From assembly GCA_043801585.1 (NCBI GenBank), contig JAZDLX010000007.1:64001-128000 (forward strand): a stretch of DNA of 64,000 nucleotides, in the 5' to 3' direction. Of this stretch, positions 46,801 to 56,625 are shown piece after piece. Below the pieces are notes generated by a model. That model saw nothing but the letters and a program-made list of their open reading frames with translations. It made no database searches and was not told the origin of the DNA. Positions within the stretch are counted from its first letter, which is position 1; each line of letters opens with the position of its first letter. The position numbers were made by a program, and so were the translations under genes. This DNA comes from a bacterium (GTDB lineage: Bacteria > Electryoneota > Electryoneia > Electryoneales > Electryoneaceae).

Positions 46801-48112
46801 CGAATGCCTCGATGTATGGGAGATATTCCGCGTCGCGCATGGAGCACCATTTAACGACGGCGTCGAACCGGTAGCCCATCAGAGTCAGGCGGGTGCGGCG
46901 CAGTGTCCGTTGCGCCTCGATCAGATCCAAGCTCCCGATGCCACCGTTCTTGTAACGGTTCAGGGCGATCGTGTAGCTTGCGTTCGCCTGTTCAAACGAC
47001 TTCCGGCCGATCTCGATCTGTTGCAGGGCTTCTGCGAGATCGAGCCGGGAATCGAGGATGGATTGTTCGATTTCCGCGTTTTTATCCTGCTCTTTGGCTT
47101 GCAGGGACCTGCGGGAAATCGTGATCTCCTCCAGCTTCCGTTTTGTCAGCCATCCGTCGAAAAGAGGAATCGAGAGGGAGACGCCCAGTGACCAGGAATC
47201 CTGAAACGCCTCGACATCCGGAAACTGTCCGTTACGAATCACCCAGGAAAAAAACGCGGAGGGCATCGGACGGAGCCAACCCGTTTTCGTGATCTTCTCC
47301 TGTTCGGTGTAAAGGTCAAAGGAACGGCGGAGCATCTTCAGCTCGAGATGCTGAAGAACCGCCGTGGACACTTCCGTTGTGTCCAAATCGCCTGGAGGAG
47401 ATTCCGGAAGCGAGATGTCTGAATCGACGGGTGCGGTGAGCGGACGCCCAAGCAAACGGTTCAAAGCGACTTCCAGACGGTTCACCTGCTTGCGGCGGTT
47501 CACGATCTCGCTTTGAGCACCAGACAACTCGACTTCCATCCGCAGCACGTCGAAGTCGCTCGCGAAACCGCCTTTGTACTGGGCCTTGACCAAAGCGACC
47601 TGGTTATCGAGCAGGGATGCATTCTCTTCGGCCCAGCGAAGCGCTTCTTTGGCGAGGGAGATGCCGAAATAGGATCTCGCAACCGCAAGAGTGACCGCTC
47701 GGCGAGCCTGCTCTTCCGCGTCCCGCGCGGTTTGGGCGTTCAACTCCGCGATGTGGACGGACGCTTGAGTGCGGCCCCAGGTGAAAAAGGGGTAATTGGC
47801 GCTGAGCTGGGTGTTGATCTGGTTATCGGTGCCGAATTTCAGCATTCTGCCGGATCCCAGATTCGCTTCCGGGATGTAGGAGGGTCTTGTGTACGATGCC
47901 GAAAGAGCGGCAGTCGGCAACAACCCTGAACGCGCCTGCTCAATCTGGATCTCGGCTTGGGAAACCGACTCTCGTGCAGCAAGAAGCGAAGGATTGGAGG
48001 ACAACGCCTCCTCGACGAGCGAGGAAAGCGGTTCTCCCGCCCGGGCCATTATCGGGAGGACGATGGCGACCAGGAGAATAGCGGCCGTTCGCCATCGGAA
48101 TGTCTGTTTCAT
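46793..48112 (-). CDS. TolC family outer membrane efflux protein
   Basis: ALSSNPSL, LLPT, LSIPLFDG, RYKNG..SLDLIEAQ. Confidence 0.94.
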   Translation of the reverse strand: MKQTFRWRTAAILLVAIVLPIMARAGEPLSSLVEEALSSNPSLLAARESVSQAEIQIEQARSGLLPTAALSASYTRPSYIPEANLGSGRMLKFGTDNQINTQLSANYPFFTWGRTQASVHIAELNAQTARDAEEQARRAVTLAVARSYFGISLAKEALRWAEENASLLDNQVALVKAQYKGGFASDFDVLRMEVELSGAQSEIVNRRKQVNRLEVALNRLLGRPLTAPVDSDISLPESPPGDLDTTEVSTAVLQHLELKMLRRSFDLYTEQEKITKTGWLRPMPSAFFSWVIRNGQFPDVEAFQDSWSLGVSLSIPLFDGWLTKRKLEEITISRRSLQAKEQDKNAEIEQSILDSRLDLAEALQQIEIGRKSFEQANASYTIALNRYKNGGIGSLDLIEAQRTLRRTRLTLMGYRFDAVVKWCSMRDAEYLPYIEAFDE

Positions 48113-48624
48113 GACGCTTCTCCCTGTCCGAGATCCTGGATCAATTGACCCATCATGAAGAGTGCACGGAGGAGAAGATCCCGCTGCTTTTGCGAAAGGT
48201 TCCTGAGAAGCCCCTGCATCGTTTCCCGAACGATCTCACGCCGTTGGGTCTGGTAGCTTCGACCGCGAGTTCCAAAGTCGAGCAACACCTCGCGGCGGTT
48301 CTTCGGATTCTCTATACGGGTCAGGTAGCCCTCGCGCACCATTCGATCCACAAGCACAGATGTGGTGGATCGGGCGAGACCATGTTTATCCGCAAGCGCA
48401 CGGAGGGTGATCTGGGGTGTTGACGAAAGTGTGTCGAGCACCTCGAGTTGCCGCAACGTGAGGTTGCCCAGTTCCGAACGGGCAGGAGCTAAATCGTGAA
48501 AAAACTTCCCAATAGCGAGAATTGCATCAGCGAGATGTTCGGAACTGAATTCGCCCTCGTGAAAGGACATCCCCTCTGCGGGAATTGACATCGGCTGTGG
48601 ATGAAGAGGATCTGTTGTGTCCAT
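48109..48624 (-). CDS. MarR family transcriptional regulator
   Basis: LTLRQLEVL, STTSVLVDRMVREGYL.R...NRR...TRG. Confidence 0.92.
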   Translation of the reverse strand: MDTTDPLHPQPMSIPAEGMSFHEGEFSSEHLADAILAIGKFFHDLAPARSELGNLTLRQLEVLDTLSSTPQITLRALADKHGLARSTTSVLVDRMVREGYLTRIENPKNRREVLLDFGTRGRSYQTQRREIVRETMQGLLRNLSQKQRDLLLRALFMMGQLIQDLGQGEAS

Positions 48625-48646
48625 CGCATCTCCAAACTGTTTCAAA

Positions 48647-48698
48647 ATACGAATAGTTCGTATAAACGAATATAGCATTCAGGGTGAAGGAGATGCAA
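48647..48698 (-). promoter_or_regulatory. marR promoter with overlapping palindromic operator(s)
   Basis: Minus-strand TTGCAT-18 nt-TATATT (48698-48669). Palindromes ATACGAA-TAG-TTCGTAT (48647-48663) and TTCG-N6-CGAA (48657-48670). Confidence 0.7.
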
Positions 48699-48877
48699 GA
48701 AGCTGTGAACAGGCTGGAGAACGTCAAAGATGCCGGGCATTTCACGGGTTCATGCCCTGTGGCCTCGTCGGTCCGAGTTTTCCATGACCCCGTCCCATCT
48801 GCCGGTTGACCGTGCCGCGTTGGAGCCTTGAAAGATGACACCTATCTTACGGACAAACAGAAACAACCCTTCCGGAG

Positions 48878-49399
48878 GTGGACGTGCGGCGGATCGCGGT
48901 GTTCGGTGGCGGAGACTGGGTGCGCGGAGGGGATGATTGGGCGCTCGGTTACGAGGTGGGCCGCCGGATTGCGTTCGCCGATGCGGAGTTGGTCACCGGA
49001 GGGTACGGTGGAGCAATGGAAGCTGCCAGCGAAGGGGCAGCGCAGGCGGACGGAAAGGTGCGTGGGATCGTTCACCTTCCACTCGGGCAAAAGCCACCGA
49101 ATTCATTTGTCACAACGGTTGAACAGGCAGAAGATTATGCGGACCGCCTCGCCAGGTTGCTTCGAGTGCCGGAAGCAGTGGCGCTTCCGGGCCTGAGTGG
49201 AACGTTTGCGGAAATCGCCGCTTCATTTGCTCTGATGCAGAGAATTGAAGGACGCCGGCTTGCTCTTTGGGCGCCATGGTGGCGTTCGTTGCTTGGCGAT
49301 GTGTTGACGAGGATGTCCAGCGGGCATATGCCGGGTGTCGCCTGGCTGGATGATCTTGCAGGTGTGGAACGCTGGCTTTCCCGTTATCCTGTGGAATAA
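48878..49399 (+). CDS. LOG-family / TIGR00725-like nucleotide-binding protein
   Basis: IAVFGG, TGGYGGAMEAA, PGLSGTFAE. Confidence 0.85.
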   Translation: MDVRRIAVFGGGDWVRGGDDWALGYEVGRRIAFADAELVTGGYGGAMEAASEGAAQADGKVRGIVHLPLGQKPPNSFVTTVEQAEDYADRLARLLRVPEAVALPGLSGTFAEIAASFALMQRIEGRRLALWAPWWRSLLGDVLTRMSSGHMPGVAWLDDLAGVERWLSRYPVE

Positions 49400-49442
49400 C
49401 CGGTCGGATGGGATGATCTCAGGCGCTAAAGAACGGAAATCG

Positions 49443-50507
49443 ATGGCCGTGGAAAAGGCCGCACCGCGCTTTCGGCGGGTACGCTACGCGATCTACGCAG
49501 TAGCCTATGCCTGCGCGCTCGCGGCTTTCATTTTTTGGTTGTACGTAAAGGGTGCACCTGCGCACCCGGACCGTAGCGGGACCGCGCGGATTGTCGTGTC
49601 GCAGGGGGCTTCCGCGTGGCGTGTGGGTTTTCTGCTCAGGGATGCGGGGTTGATCCGAAGCCCGCGGCGTTTCGCCTGGCATCTCAAGGTTCGAGGTGAA
49701 TCCGAGAAGTTGAAGGCGGGTGTCTATGACATTCCGCGATCCGCTTCAATGAAGGAGATGGGGAGGAAGATTCTCAATGGCGAAGAAGTCATCGTCGAAA
49801 TCACCTTCCCGGAAGGGTGGACCGCCGCCCAAATGGCCGGATTGCTGCAGAAAGAGGGAGTCGTCGATTCCACCTCCTTCATCCGGGCGATTCGTGACGA
49901 AAAACTGATTCACAACCTGAGTCTTGACCTCACCACGCTGGAAGGATTCCTCTATCCTGAAACCTACATTTTTCGCCTTCGTCGTACGCCCCTGGACGTC
50001 ATTAGTTCGATGGTGACGGTGTTCCGGGAGAGGGTTGGAGACGACTGGATGCGACGTGCCCAGCAGGATCCATTGGGATTGCAGGGCATCGTCACGTTGG
50101 CGAGCATCGTCCAGGGGGAGTACCAAGTTGCTGGTGAAACCCCTGATATAGCCGCGCTTTACAGGAACCGTTTGAAGCAGGGGATGCTGCTGCAGGCGGA
50201 CCCCACGGTCCAGTACATACTGCCCGAGGGACCGAGACGGTTGACCCTCAGGGATTTGAAAATCAAGAATCCCTACAACACTTATGTCTATTCGGGTTTG
50301 CCGCCGGGGCCGATCGACAATCCGGGGATCGATGCGTTGCGCGCGGCGCTCGAACCACCCGACCGTCCCTGGCTCTACATGGTGGCTCGCGGGGATGGCC
50401 GACACACATTCACGACCACATTCGAAGACCACCTCCGGGCGAAAAAACGGCTTGACGCCATTCGCCGCCAGGAGGCTCGACGCAAACTTCAGGGAAGTAA
50501 CTCCTAA
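49443..50507 (+). CDS. mltG: Endolytic transglycosylase MltG
   Basis: One TM helix, TFPEG, LEGFLYPETY, LASIVQGE, LQADPT, PYNTY...GLPPGPI. Confidence 0.95.
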   Translation: MAVEKAAPRFRRVRYAIYAVAYACALAAFIFWLYVKGAPAHPDRSGTARIVVSQGASAWRVGFLLRDAGLIRSPRRFAWHLKVRGESEKLKAGVYDIPRSASMKEMGRKILNGEEVIVEITFPEGWTAAQMAGLLQKEGVVDSTSFIRAIRDEKLIHNLSLDLTTLEGFLYPETYIFRLRRTPLDVISSMVTVFRERVGDDWMRRAQQDPLGLQGIVTLASIVQGEYQVAGETPDIAALYRNRLKQGMLLQADPTVQYILPEGPRRLTLRDLKIKNPYNTYVYSGLPPGPIDNPGIDALRAALEPPDRPWLYMVARGDGRHTFTTTFEDHLRAKKRLDAIRRQEARRKLQGSNS

Positions 50508-52816
50508 TGCAGATGCACGGCACCGATCCTCTGAAGGGTCTCAACGAGGCACAGCGACAGGCAGTGGAAGCAACCGAGGGGCCGGTACTCGTCCTCGCCG
50601 GAGCGGGGAGCGGTAAAACCCGTGTCCTCGCGCATCGCATTGCACATATCGTTCAGCAGGGCAAAGCGAAACCGTGGCAGGTACTCGCTGTCACCTTTAC
50701 CAACAAAGCTGCCCAGGAATTAAGGGAACGGGTCGCACGGATCACACCGGGTGGTGATGAGGTCGCGGCGGGGACGTTCCACGCGACGATGCTCAGGGTG
50801 CTTCGCCGGGAGGCGGACGCCATCGGTTTTCCCAAGGATTTCACCATCTTCGACACGGACGACAGCCGCAGGTTGATCAAGATCATCCTCAACGAATATG
50901 GGGAAGATCGGTTCCGCTCGCGCACGATCCACACGATCATCAGCCGGGCAAAGAACGACCTGATCGACCCGGATGCCTACGAGTCCACCGCCACGATGCC
51001 AATCGAAAAACTGGCGGCGAAGGTCTATCACGAATACCAGCGCCGGATCAAACTTCACGCGGCGATGGATTTTGACGACTTGCTGATCCGTCCGCTTGAG
51101 CTTTTCCGCAGCAACCCCACAGTCCTGCTGAAATGGTCGCAACGCTGGCGTTACCTGCATGTGGATGAATACCAGGACACGAATCTCGCACAATTTGAGC
51201 TGCTGAGAGTTCTCGCAGGACCGAAGCCCAACCTGTTCGCCGTGGGTGATGACGACCAGTCGATCTACGGGTGGCGCGGCGCCCGTGTCGAGAACATTTT
51301 CCGTTTTCGTGATGCTTTCCCCGGCTCACAGGTTTTCCGCCTGGAACAGAACTACCGCAGCACCCAGAAAATCCTTGACCTCGCTCACGCTGTCGTCTCA
51401 AGGAGCGTTCGCCGCGAGGAGAAAAAACTGTGGACGGAGAAACAGGGTGGATCGACCCCGAAAATCGTCGGAGTGCCCTCGGATCAGGACGAAGCCCGCG
51501 AAATCGCCGACCTGATTGGAAGGGAGGTCCTCGCCGGTAGTCGGGCGTTCAAGGATTTCGCCGTGCTCTACCGGACAAATGCTCAATCCCGCCTGTTGGA
51601 AGACGTTTTCCGGGGTCGGCGATACCCATTTCAGGTCGTCGGAGCGGTCAGTTTCTACGAGCGGAAAGAAGTTCGCGATGCGCTCGCCTATTTCAAGCTG
51701 TGCCTGAATGAACGTGATGACCTGTCGTTACGAAGGATCATCTCGGAGCCGCCACGCGGCATCGGGGCGAACACTCTCGAGAAGTTGATCCATTGGGCAA
51801 AGGAGCATGACGCACCTTTGATGAGAGCGCTGGCGGACGTCGGAAAGATCGACGGTGTTGCGAAACGTTCGGCTGCTGCGTGTGTGAAATTCTCGAAGCA
51901 GCTCGTGCAATGGAAGAGCGAGCTGGAAAATCTTCCGCTCGAACAGTGGGCTTCGCACGTGCTGGAGGAATCGGGATACCTGCCACGGCTGCGTGAGGAG
52001 AAGAGTTTTGAATCGCAGGGACGGATCGACAACCTCGAAGCATTCGTCGATTCATTGGCTGAGTTCGCATCGGATGGTGGATCTCTCGGCGAATACATCG
52101 AGCAGGCGGCATTGGCAACCGACCAGGACAAGTACGATCCGGGGTCGGACACGATCCGCCTGATGACGGTACACGCGGCAAAGGGGTTGGAATTTCCGGT
52201 TGTCATCGTCTCCGGGCTTGAGAGCACTCTGTTCCCGTTGGCGGGCGAAGACCGTGAGACCGACACGGACGAGGAGCGCAGGCTTTTTTATGTCGCCGTG
52301 ACACGGGCGCGCGAAGACCTGGTTCTCACCTACGCGAATCTGCGACGGGTGTGGGGACAGATGGACACCCGTGAACCGAGTATCTTTCTTCGTGAGATTC
52401 CCGAAGAGGCAGTCAACTGGAAAACCCGTGGCGTAGCGATGCTTGATACATCGGTGGCGGGTTCACGCAGACGTTCCGGACGCAGTTCCGATGATCCGTC
52501 TTCCCGTTCGATTCACGGTGAAAGAAGTGGTGAGTACGATCCGTGGGCGGCTCGGCGAAAGAACCGTTCAGCGGTGGATGCGGAGGATGAGTCCGGATCG
52601 TCAACGACCCGCTCGCCGGCTCCCATGCAGGATGAGGATGTTCCTGCCGTGCGCGTCGGAGACCTTGTAGAACATCCTACCTTTGGGCAGGGAATCGTTC
52701 TGGCAACATCGAAGTGGCGAAACGATATCAAAGTCCAAGTGGAATTCGAAGGGCGCGGTGTGATGTCGCTGATGCAGCGCATCGCCCGGCTCCACCCGGT
52801 GAGGGATTTTCGATGA
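50507..52816 (+). CDS. uvrD: UvrD/PcrA ATP-dependent DNA helicase
   Basis: AGAGSGKT, VDEYQD, VGDDDQSIY, LEQNYRS, TVHAAKGLEF, EERRLFYVA, and a C-terminal Tudor-like HPTFGQG. Confidence 0.96.
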   Translation: MQMHGTDPLKGLNEAQRQAVEATEGPVLVLAGAGSGKTRVLAHRIAHIVQQGKAKPWQVLAVTFTNKAAQELRERVARITPGGDEVAAGTFHATMLRVLRREADAIGFPKDFTIFDTDDSRRLIKIILNEYGEDRFRSRTIHTIISRAKNDLIDPDAYESTATMPIEKLAAKVYHEYQRRIKLHAAMDFDDLLIRPLELFRSNPTVLLKWSQRWRYLHVDEYQDTNLAQFELLRVLAGPKPNLFAVGDDDQSIYGWRGARVENIFRFRDAFPGSQVFRLEQNYRSTQKILDLAHAVVSRSVRREEKKLWTEKQGGSTPKIVGVPSDQDEAREIADLIGREVLAGSRAFKDFAVLYRTNAQSRLLEDVFRGRRYPFQVVGAVSFYERKEVRDALAYFKLCLNERDDLSLRRIISEPPRGIGANTLEKLIHWAKEHDAPLMRALADVGKIDGVAKRSAAACVKFSKQLVQWKSELENLPLEQWASHVLEESGYLPRLREEKSFESQGRIDNLEAFVDSLAEFASDGGSLGEYIEQAALATDQDKYDPGSDTIRLMTVHAAKGLEFPVVIVSGLESTLFPLAGEDRETDTDEERRLFYVAVTRAREDLVLTYANLRRVWGQMDTREPSIFLREIPEEAVNWKTRGVAMLDTSVAGSRRRSGRSSDDPSSRSIHGERSGEYDPWAARRKNRSAVDAEDESGSSTTRSPAPMQDEDVPAVRVGDLVEHPTFGQGIVLATSKWRNDIKVQVEFEGRGVMSLMQRIARLHPVRDFR

Positions 52817-55800
52817 GATGGATCGTGCGGCTAATGGGAGTTGTGTCGTTTCTTCTCCTCGCTGAACTTCTGTTTCCCGTCGGGGTATTTGCCCAGACTG
52901 GACGGGAATCGGATTTCCTTTACGCCCGCCGTCTCTACGAGGATGGACTGTACGATCTCGCCGTGGAAGCCCTCGAACGCTACCTTGCGGCCGATCCGGA
53001 GAACCCCCACCAGGTTGAAGCAAACCTGATCATCGGCGACGCCCTCTGGAAGGAGAAGAAACTCGATCTCGCACGGCAGGCGTATCAGCGTGCGGCCATG
53101 GCGGACCCCGATGATCCGCGAGGCGTTGAGGCGTTGACCAAGGTCGCGGACAGCTATCTGGCGGAGAACGACTGGCTGAAAGCCGCGCGAGCCGAGGAGA
53201 GGATCGCCGTTTTCTATCCGAATTCCCCGGCCGCTCCCGCCGCACTGACTCGCACTGCGCGAATCCTGATCGAGCACAACCAGTTCAACCAGGCGGAAGC
53301 GCCCATACAGCAGGTACTCCGCCAATATCCGGGGTCGTCCCAGCAGCGCGAGGCCCGGCTCCTCTGGGCACGGGTTCTGGCAGACAGGGGGGAGTTGGAA
53401 CAAGCCGCCGACGAGGCCGGAGCTGTGGCACGGGCGACGCGTGACGCCGACCTCGCGGTGGAGGCGTTGAGTTTTCAAGGCGAATGGTACTGGCGGCTTG
53501 GACGAGATCCTGACGCGGAAGCGGCGTGGCGAAGCATTCTCGAGGGGTATCCGCGTGCCGCAAAAAGGGCGGAAGCACTCACCCGGATGGGGCAGCAGCG
53601 ATTGCGGATTGGCGATGCGAAACAGGCGGAACCGCTTCTCCGGGACGCCCTCGGCGGCATCCAGAAAGATTCATTGCTGGAACACGAGGCGCGGCTGACG
53701 CTCGCCGACGCCCTGTTGCTTGAGGGGAAACCGGTCGAAGCGCTGCTGCATCTGAACCGCCTCGAAGGAACGGTCACGCCGTCAATCTCCTTTCGGAAAG
53801 CGCTCGTCCTCGAGGATGCCGGACGTAATGCGGAAGCCATCAGCCTCTATCGGAACCTGGGACAGGGAACCGATTCACTTGCTGCCGGGGCGCGCTGGAG
53901 AGTCGCGGCGATGCTGGAGAAATCGGGACGTCCCCGCGAAGCGGCGGAAGCATGGCGCTGGGCCGAGCAGGCGCTTCCTTCCGACCTGCAAAAATCGGAG
54001 GCGAGGTACCGCGCTCTCGCTTTGACGGTGGCTATCGAACCGCTCCGGGCGTTGGAGGTAGCGTCCGTGTTCGCGGATGATTATCCCCGCTCGGCACGTG
54101 TCGATGATGCTGAATTCATCCGGGCGAAGGCATTGCTTGCCCTTGGGCGGCGCAAGGAGGCGGTGGAGGCGTTTCGCGGGCTTGGAGAAATCTGGCCGGT
54201 GAGTCCCTACCACTACGACGCAACTTCACGGGCGGATTACATCGAGACGATGGTGCTCCCCAAGGGCGATCCATCCTCGAAACTCGCGGGTTTGCTGGCG
54301 GAGTTTGCCGGGGGACGAGATCGCCGGGATCTCTCCCTGAGACTTGCGGAAGTCTACCTCTTTGAGCTGAAGGATTACTCGGCTGCAAAAAAGCAACTGC
54401 AAGAGTTGCTGGCGGATTCGAGTGTGGATCAGGCTCGGCGATTGCAGGCTCGTGAACTGCTCGCCGAATCCCTGTGGCGCAATTTCCAACGGGAAACGCG
54501 AGGGGAGGATGGCACCCTTCTTCCAGATGTCGCCGCCCGTCGTGCCGCGGCGAATCGGACGATAACCGACCTGCAGCAATTGCTCCCGAATCTGAGAAAC
54601 GAGAATCTTCGGGCGGAAACATCCTGGCGGTTGATGAATCTCGAAGCGGATTCACGCAGCGGCCTTGACAGCCTCCTCTACGTGCGCAAGATGCTCCAGA
54701 ACCATCTTGCAGATTATCCGAATTCTTCCCATGCTGGCGATGCCTATCTCGATCTCGGAAAGGCGTTTTCAAGGGTGGCTAAAGGAATCGACAACCCTGA
54801 CAAAGGCGATCCATCCATCTGGTACCTTGAAGCCTTCCGGGACAACTACAGTTCACATCCCCGCTTTGCGGAGGGACTGCTTCTGCTTGCGGACCGGTAT
54901 GCGAAAGCAAAACGGTTTGCGCCGGCCGAGCAGACGTATCGAAGCATTCTTCGCCTCGCTCCATCACCGGAACGGGTCGAGGCGGTTCTCGCACTGCTCA
55001 ATCCGGAAAAGAGCAAATCGTCCATGGGAATGGGGGAGGAGCTGGAGTGGGTGCGGACTCACGCCTGGTATCACCCCGATGTTCAGTTGGGCCGCCGTCT
55101 GCTGGTTCAGCGTTTGATGGACGATGGCCACTATCACGAAGCTTCCGATGAGCTGGTGGCCTTGGGCGAGTTGAACATGGATTGGGGAGCGGGTCTGGTG
55201 ATCGAGGGGGCTCGCAATCAGCAGTTGGCGTGGTACTGGGGTCAGGTGTACGAAGGATTGCATCAACCGGAAAAGGCTCGCGACGAGTATCGCCGCTACC
55301 TTTCACGGAATCCCAGCGGACCGGACGCCGATCAGATACGTCTGAAACTGGCGGAACTGAGGAAGCGTCAGGGCTATCCCGACGCGGCGCTTCGGCTCTA
55401 CCGCCGTCTGCTTGCCGATGCGTCCGATTACCGGATGCGGGAGGCGGGGCTTCGTGGGGTGGCAAACATTCTGTTCGACCAGGGGCAGTACGAAGCCGCA
55501 ATGAGAAACGCCGAGGAGATCGTCCAGACAAAAGGTACAGCGAGAGATACCGCCTTCGTTTACGACGAGATGGCTGTCATTTGCCGTTATCGCCAGGGAC
55601 ACCTGGATGAAGCGCGCAAGCAGGCCAACGCCTTCCGCAAGAAGTGGTCACGGATGGATGGACTTTACGACGTCTCCGCACGGTTCGAGCTGGAACGCGG
55701 AAAGTGGCTCTCCAAGGACAAGAACTATCCGGAAGCCGAGCGGAACTACAACCGGATCTTGAAGAATTACAACAACAGCAAATGGGTGCCCTACGCGAAG

Positions 55801-56508
55801 TACGAGCTGGGCCGTGATCTCCTTGAACAGAACCGGACCGATGATGGAATGAAACTGCTTGCAGAACTTCCGCCTCGTTATCCCAGGCATCCGATTCTTG
55901 GGAGGGTGTGGTGGATCCTGGGAAATCAATACGCTCAATCCGGAGACATCATGCACGCGGTTCAGACGTACGACAAGGTGCTGACGGATAGTGCCTATGT
56001 GGACGTCTGGCCTTACGTCCTGGTCAATCAGATCCAGGCCTATCAGAACGCCGGATTCTACGCCGGAGCGTTGCAGGCGGCACAACGGTACCTCGAACTG
56101 TATCCCGAGGCTCCCGACGCGTTCGATCGCCAGATGGATGTCGGTGTGATGTATCTGCAGATGGGGCAGTATGACCTGGCGATATCGCAATTCAGGAAAA
56201 TCCAACCGCTGGCGGATGTGGAGGATGAAGCCGCCATCCAGTTCTACGTCGGTGAGTCGCTGGAAAAATCCGGACGACTTGCCGAGTCCGTGATTGAATA
56301 CAAGAAGGTCGATTACCTCGGAAAACGGACGAAAATGGAGTGGGCGATCACGGCGCTGTACAACGCCGGACGAGTGCTCGAACGGTTGGGTCAGACCGAT
56401 CAGGCATTGAACATGTACCAGGAAATTGTCCGTCGGGAGGGACTGGCAAGCCCCTTTGGACGGAAAGCCCAGGAACAGGTGGATCGTTTGCGTGCGAGCA
56501 AAAGGTAA
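52813..56508 (+). CDS. Large exported tetratricopeptide-repeat protein (about 1230 aa)
   Basis: Signal peptide and many TPR units ending in YPxS-type turns. Confidence 0.88.
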   Translation: MRWIVRLMGVVSFLLLAELLFPVGVFAQTGRESDFLYARRLYEDGLYDLAVEALERYLAADPENPHQVEANLIIGDALWKEKKLDLARQAYQRAAMADPDDPRGVEALTKVADSYLAENDWLKAARAEERIAVFYPNSPAAPAALTRTARILIEHNQFNQAEAPIQQVLRQYPGSSQQREARLLWARVLADRGELEQAADEAGAVARATRDADLAVEALSFQGEWYWRLGRDPDAEAAWRSILEGYPRAAKRAEALTRMGQQRLRIGDAKQAEPLLRDALGGIQKDSLLEHEARLTLADALLLEGKPVEALLHLNRLEGTVTPSISFRKALVLEDAGRNAEAISLYRNLGQGTDSLAAGARWRVAAMLEKSGRPREAAEAWRWAEQALPSDLQKSEARYRALALTVAIEPLRALEVASVFADDYPRSARVDDAEFIRAKALLALGRRKEAVEAFRGLGEIWPVSPYHYDATSRADYIETMVLPKGDPSSKLAGLLAEFAGGRDRRDLSLRLAEVYLFELKDYSAAKKQLQELLADSSVDQARRLQARELLAESLWRNFQRETRGEDGTLLPDVAARRAAANRTITDLQQLLPNLRNENLRAETSWRLMNLEADSRSGLDSLLYVRKMLQNHLADYPNSSHAGDAYLDLGKAFSRVAKGIDNPDKGDPSIWYLEAFRDNYSSHPRFAEGLLLLADRYAKAKRFAPAEQTYRSILRLAPSPERVEAVLALLNPEKSKSSMGMGEELEWVRTHAWYHPDVQLGRRLLVQRLMDDGHYHEASDELVALGELNMDWGAGLVIEGARNQQLAWYWGQVYEGLHQPEKARDEYRRYLSRNPSGPDADQIRLKLAELRKRQGYPDAALRLYRRLLADASDYRMREAGLRGVANILFDQGQYEAAMRNAEEIVQTKGTARDTAFVYDEMAVICRYRQGHLDEARKQANAFRKKWSRMDGLYDVSARFELERGKWLSKDKNYPEAERNYNRILKNYNNSKWVPYAKYELGRDLLEQNRTDDGMKLLAELPPRYPRHPILGRVWWILGNQYAQSGDIMHAVQTYDKVLTDSAYVDVWPYVLVNQIQAYQNAGFYAGALQAAQRYLELYPEAPDAFDRQMDVGVMYLQMGQYDLAISQFRKIQPLADVEDEAAIQFYVGESLEKSGRLAESVIEYKKVDYLGKRTKMEWAITALYNAGRVLERLGQTDQALNMYQEIVRREGLASPFGRKAQEQVDRLRASKR

Positions 56509-56625
56509 TCACCCCGGAAGAATGAAAAACATCATAGCTGACCTGAAAAATCAGAACTCTTTCGTTTTTCGCGATCATTTTTGATAAGAATGGAAGAACA
56601 TGAATCGCCACAGGGAAAACCGCGC

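Noticed and set aside
50096..50125. MltG motif LASIVQGE instead of LASIVEKE (possibly inactive)
   Set aside because: The second, catalytic Glu position is retained.
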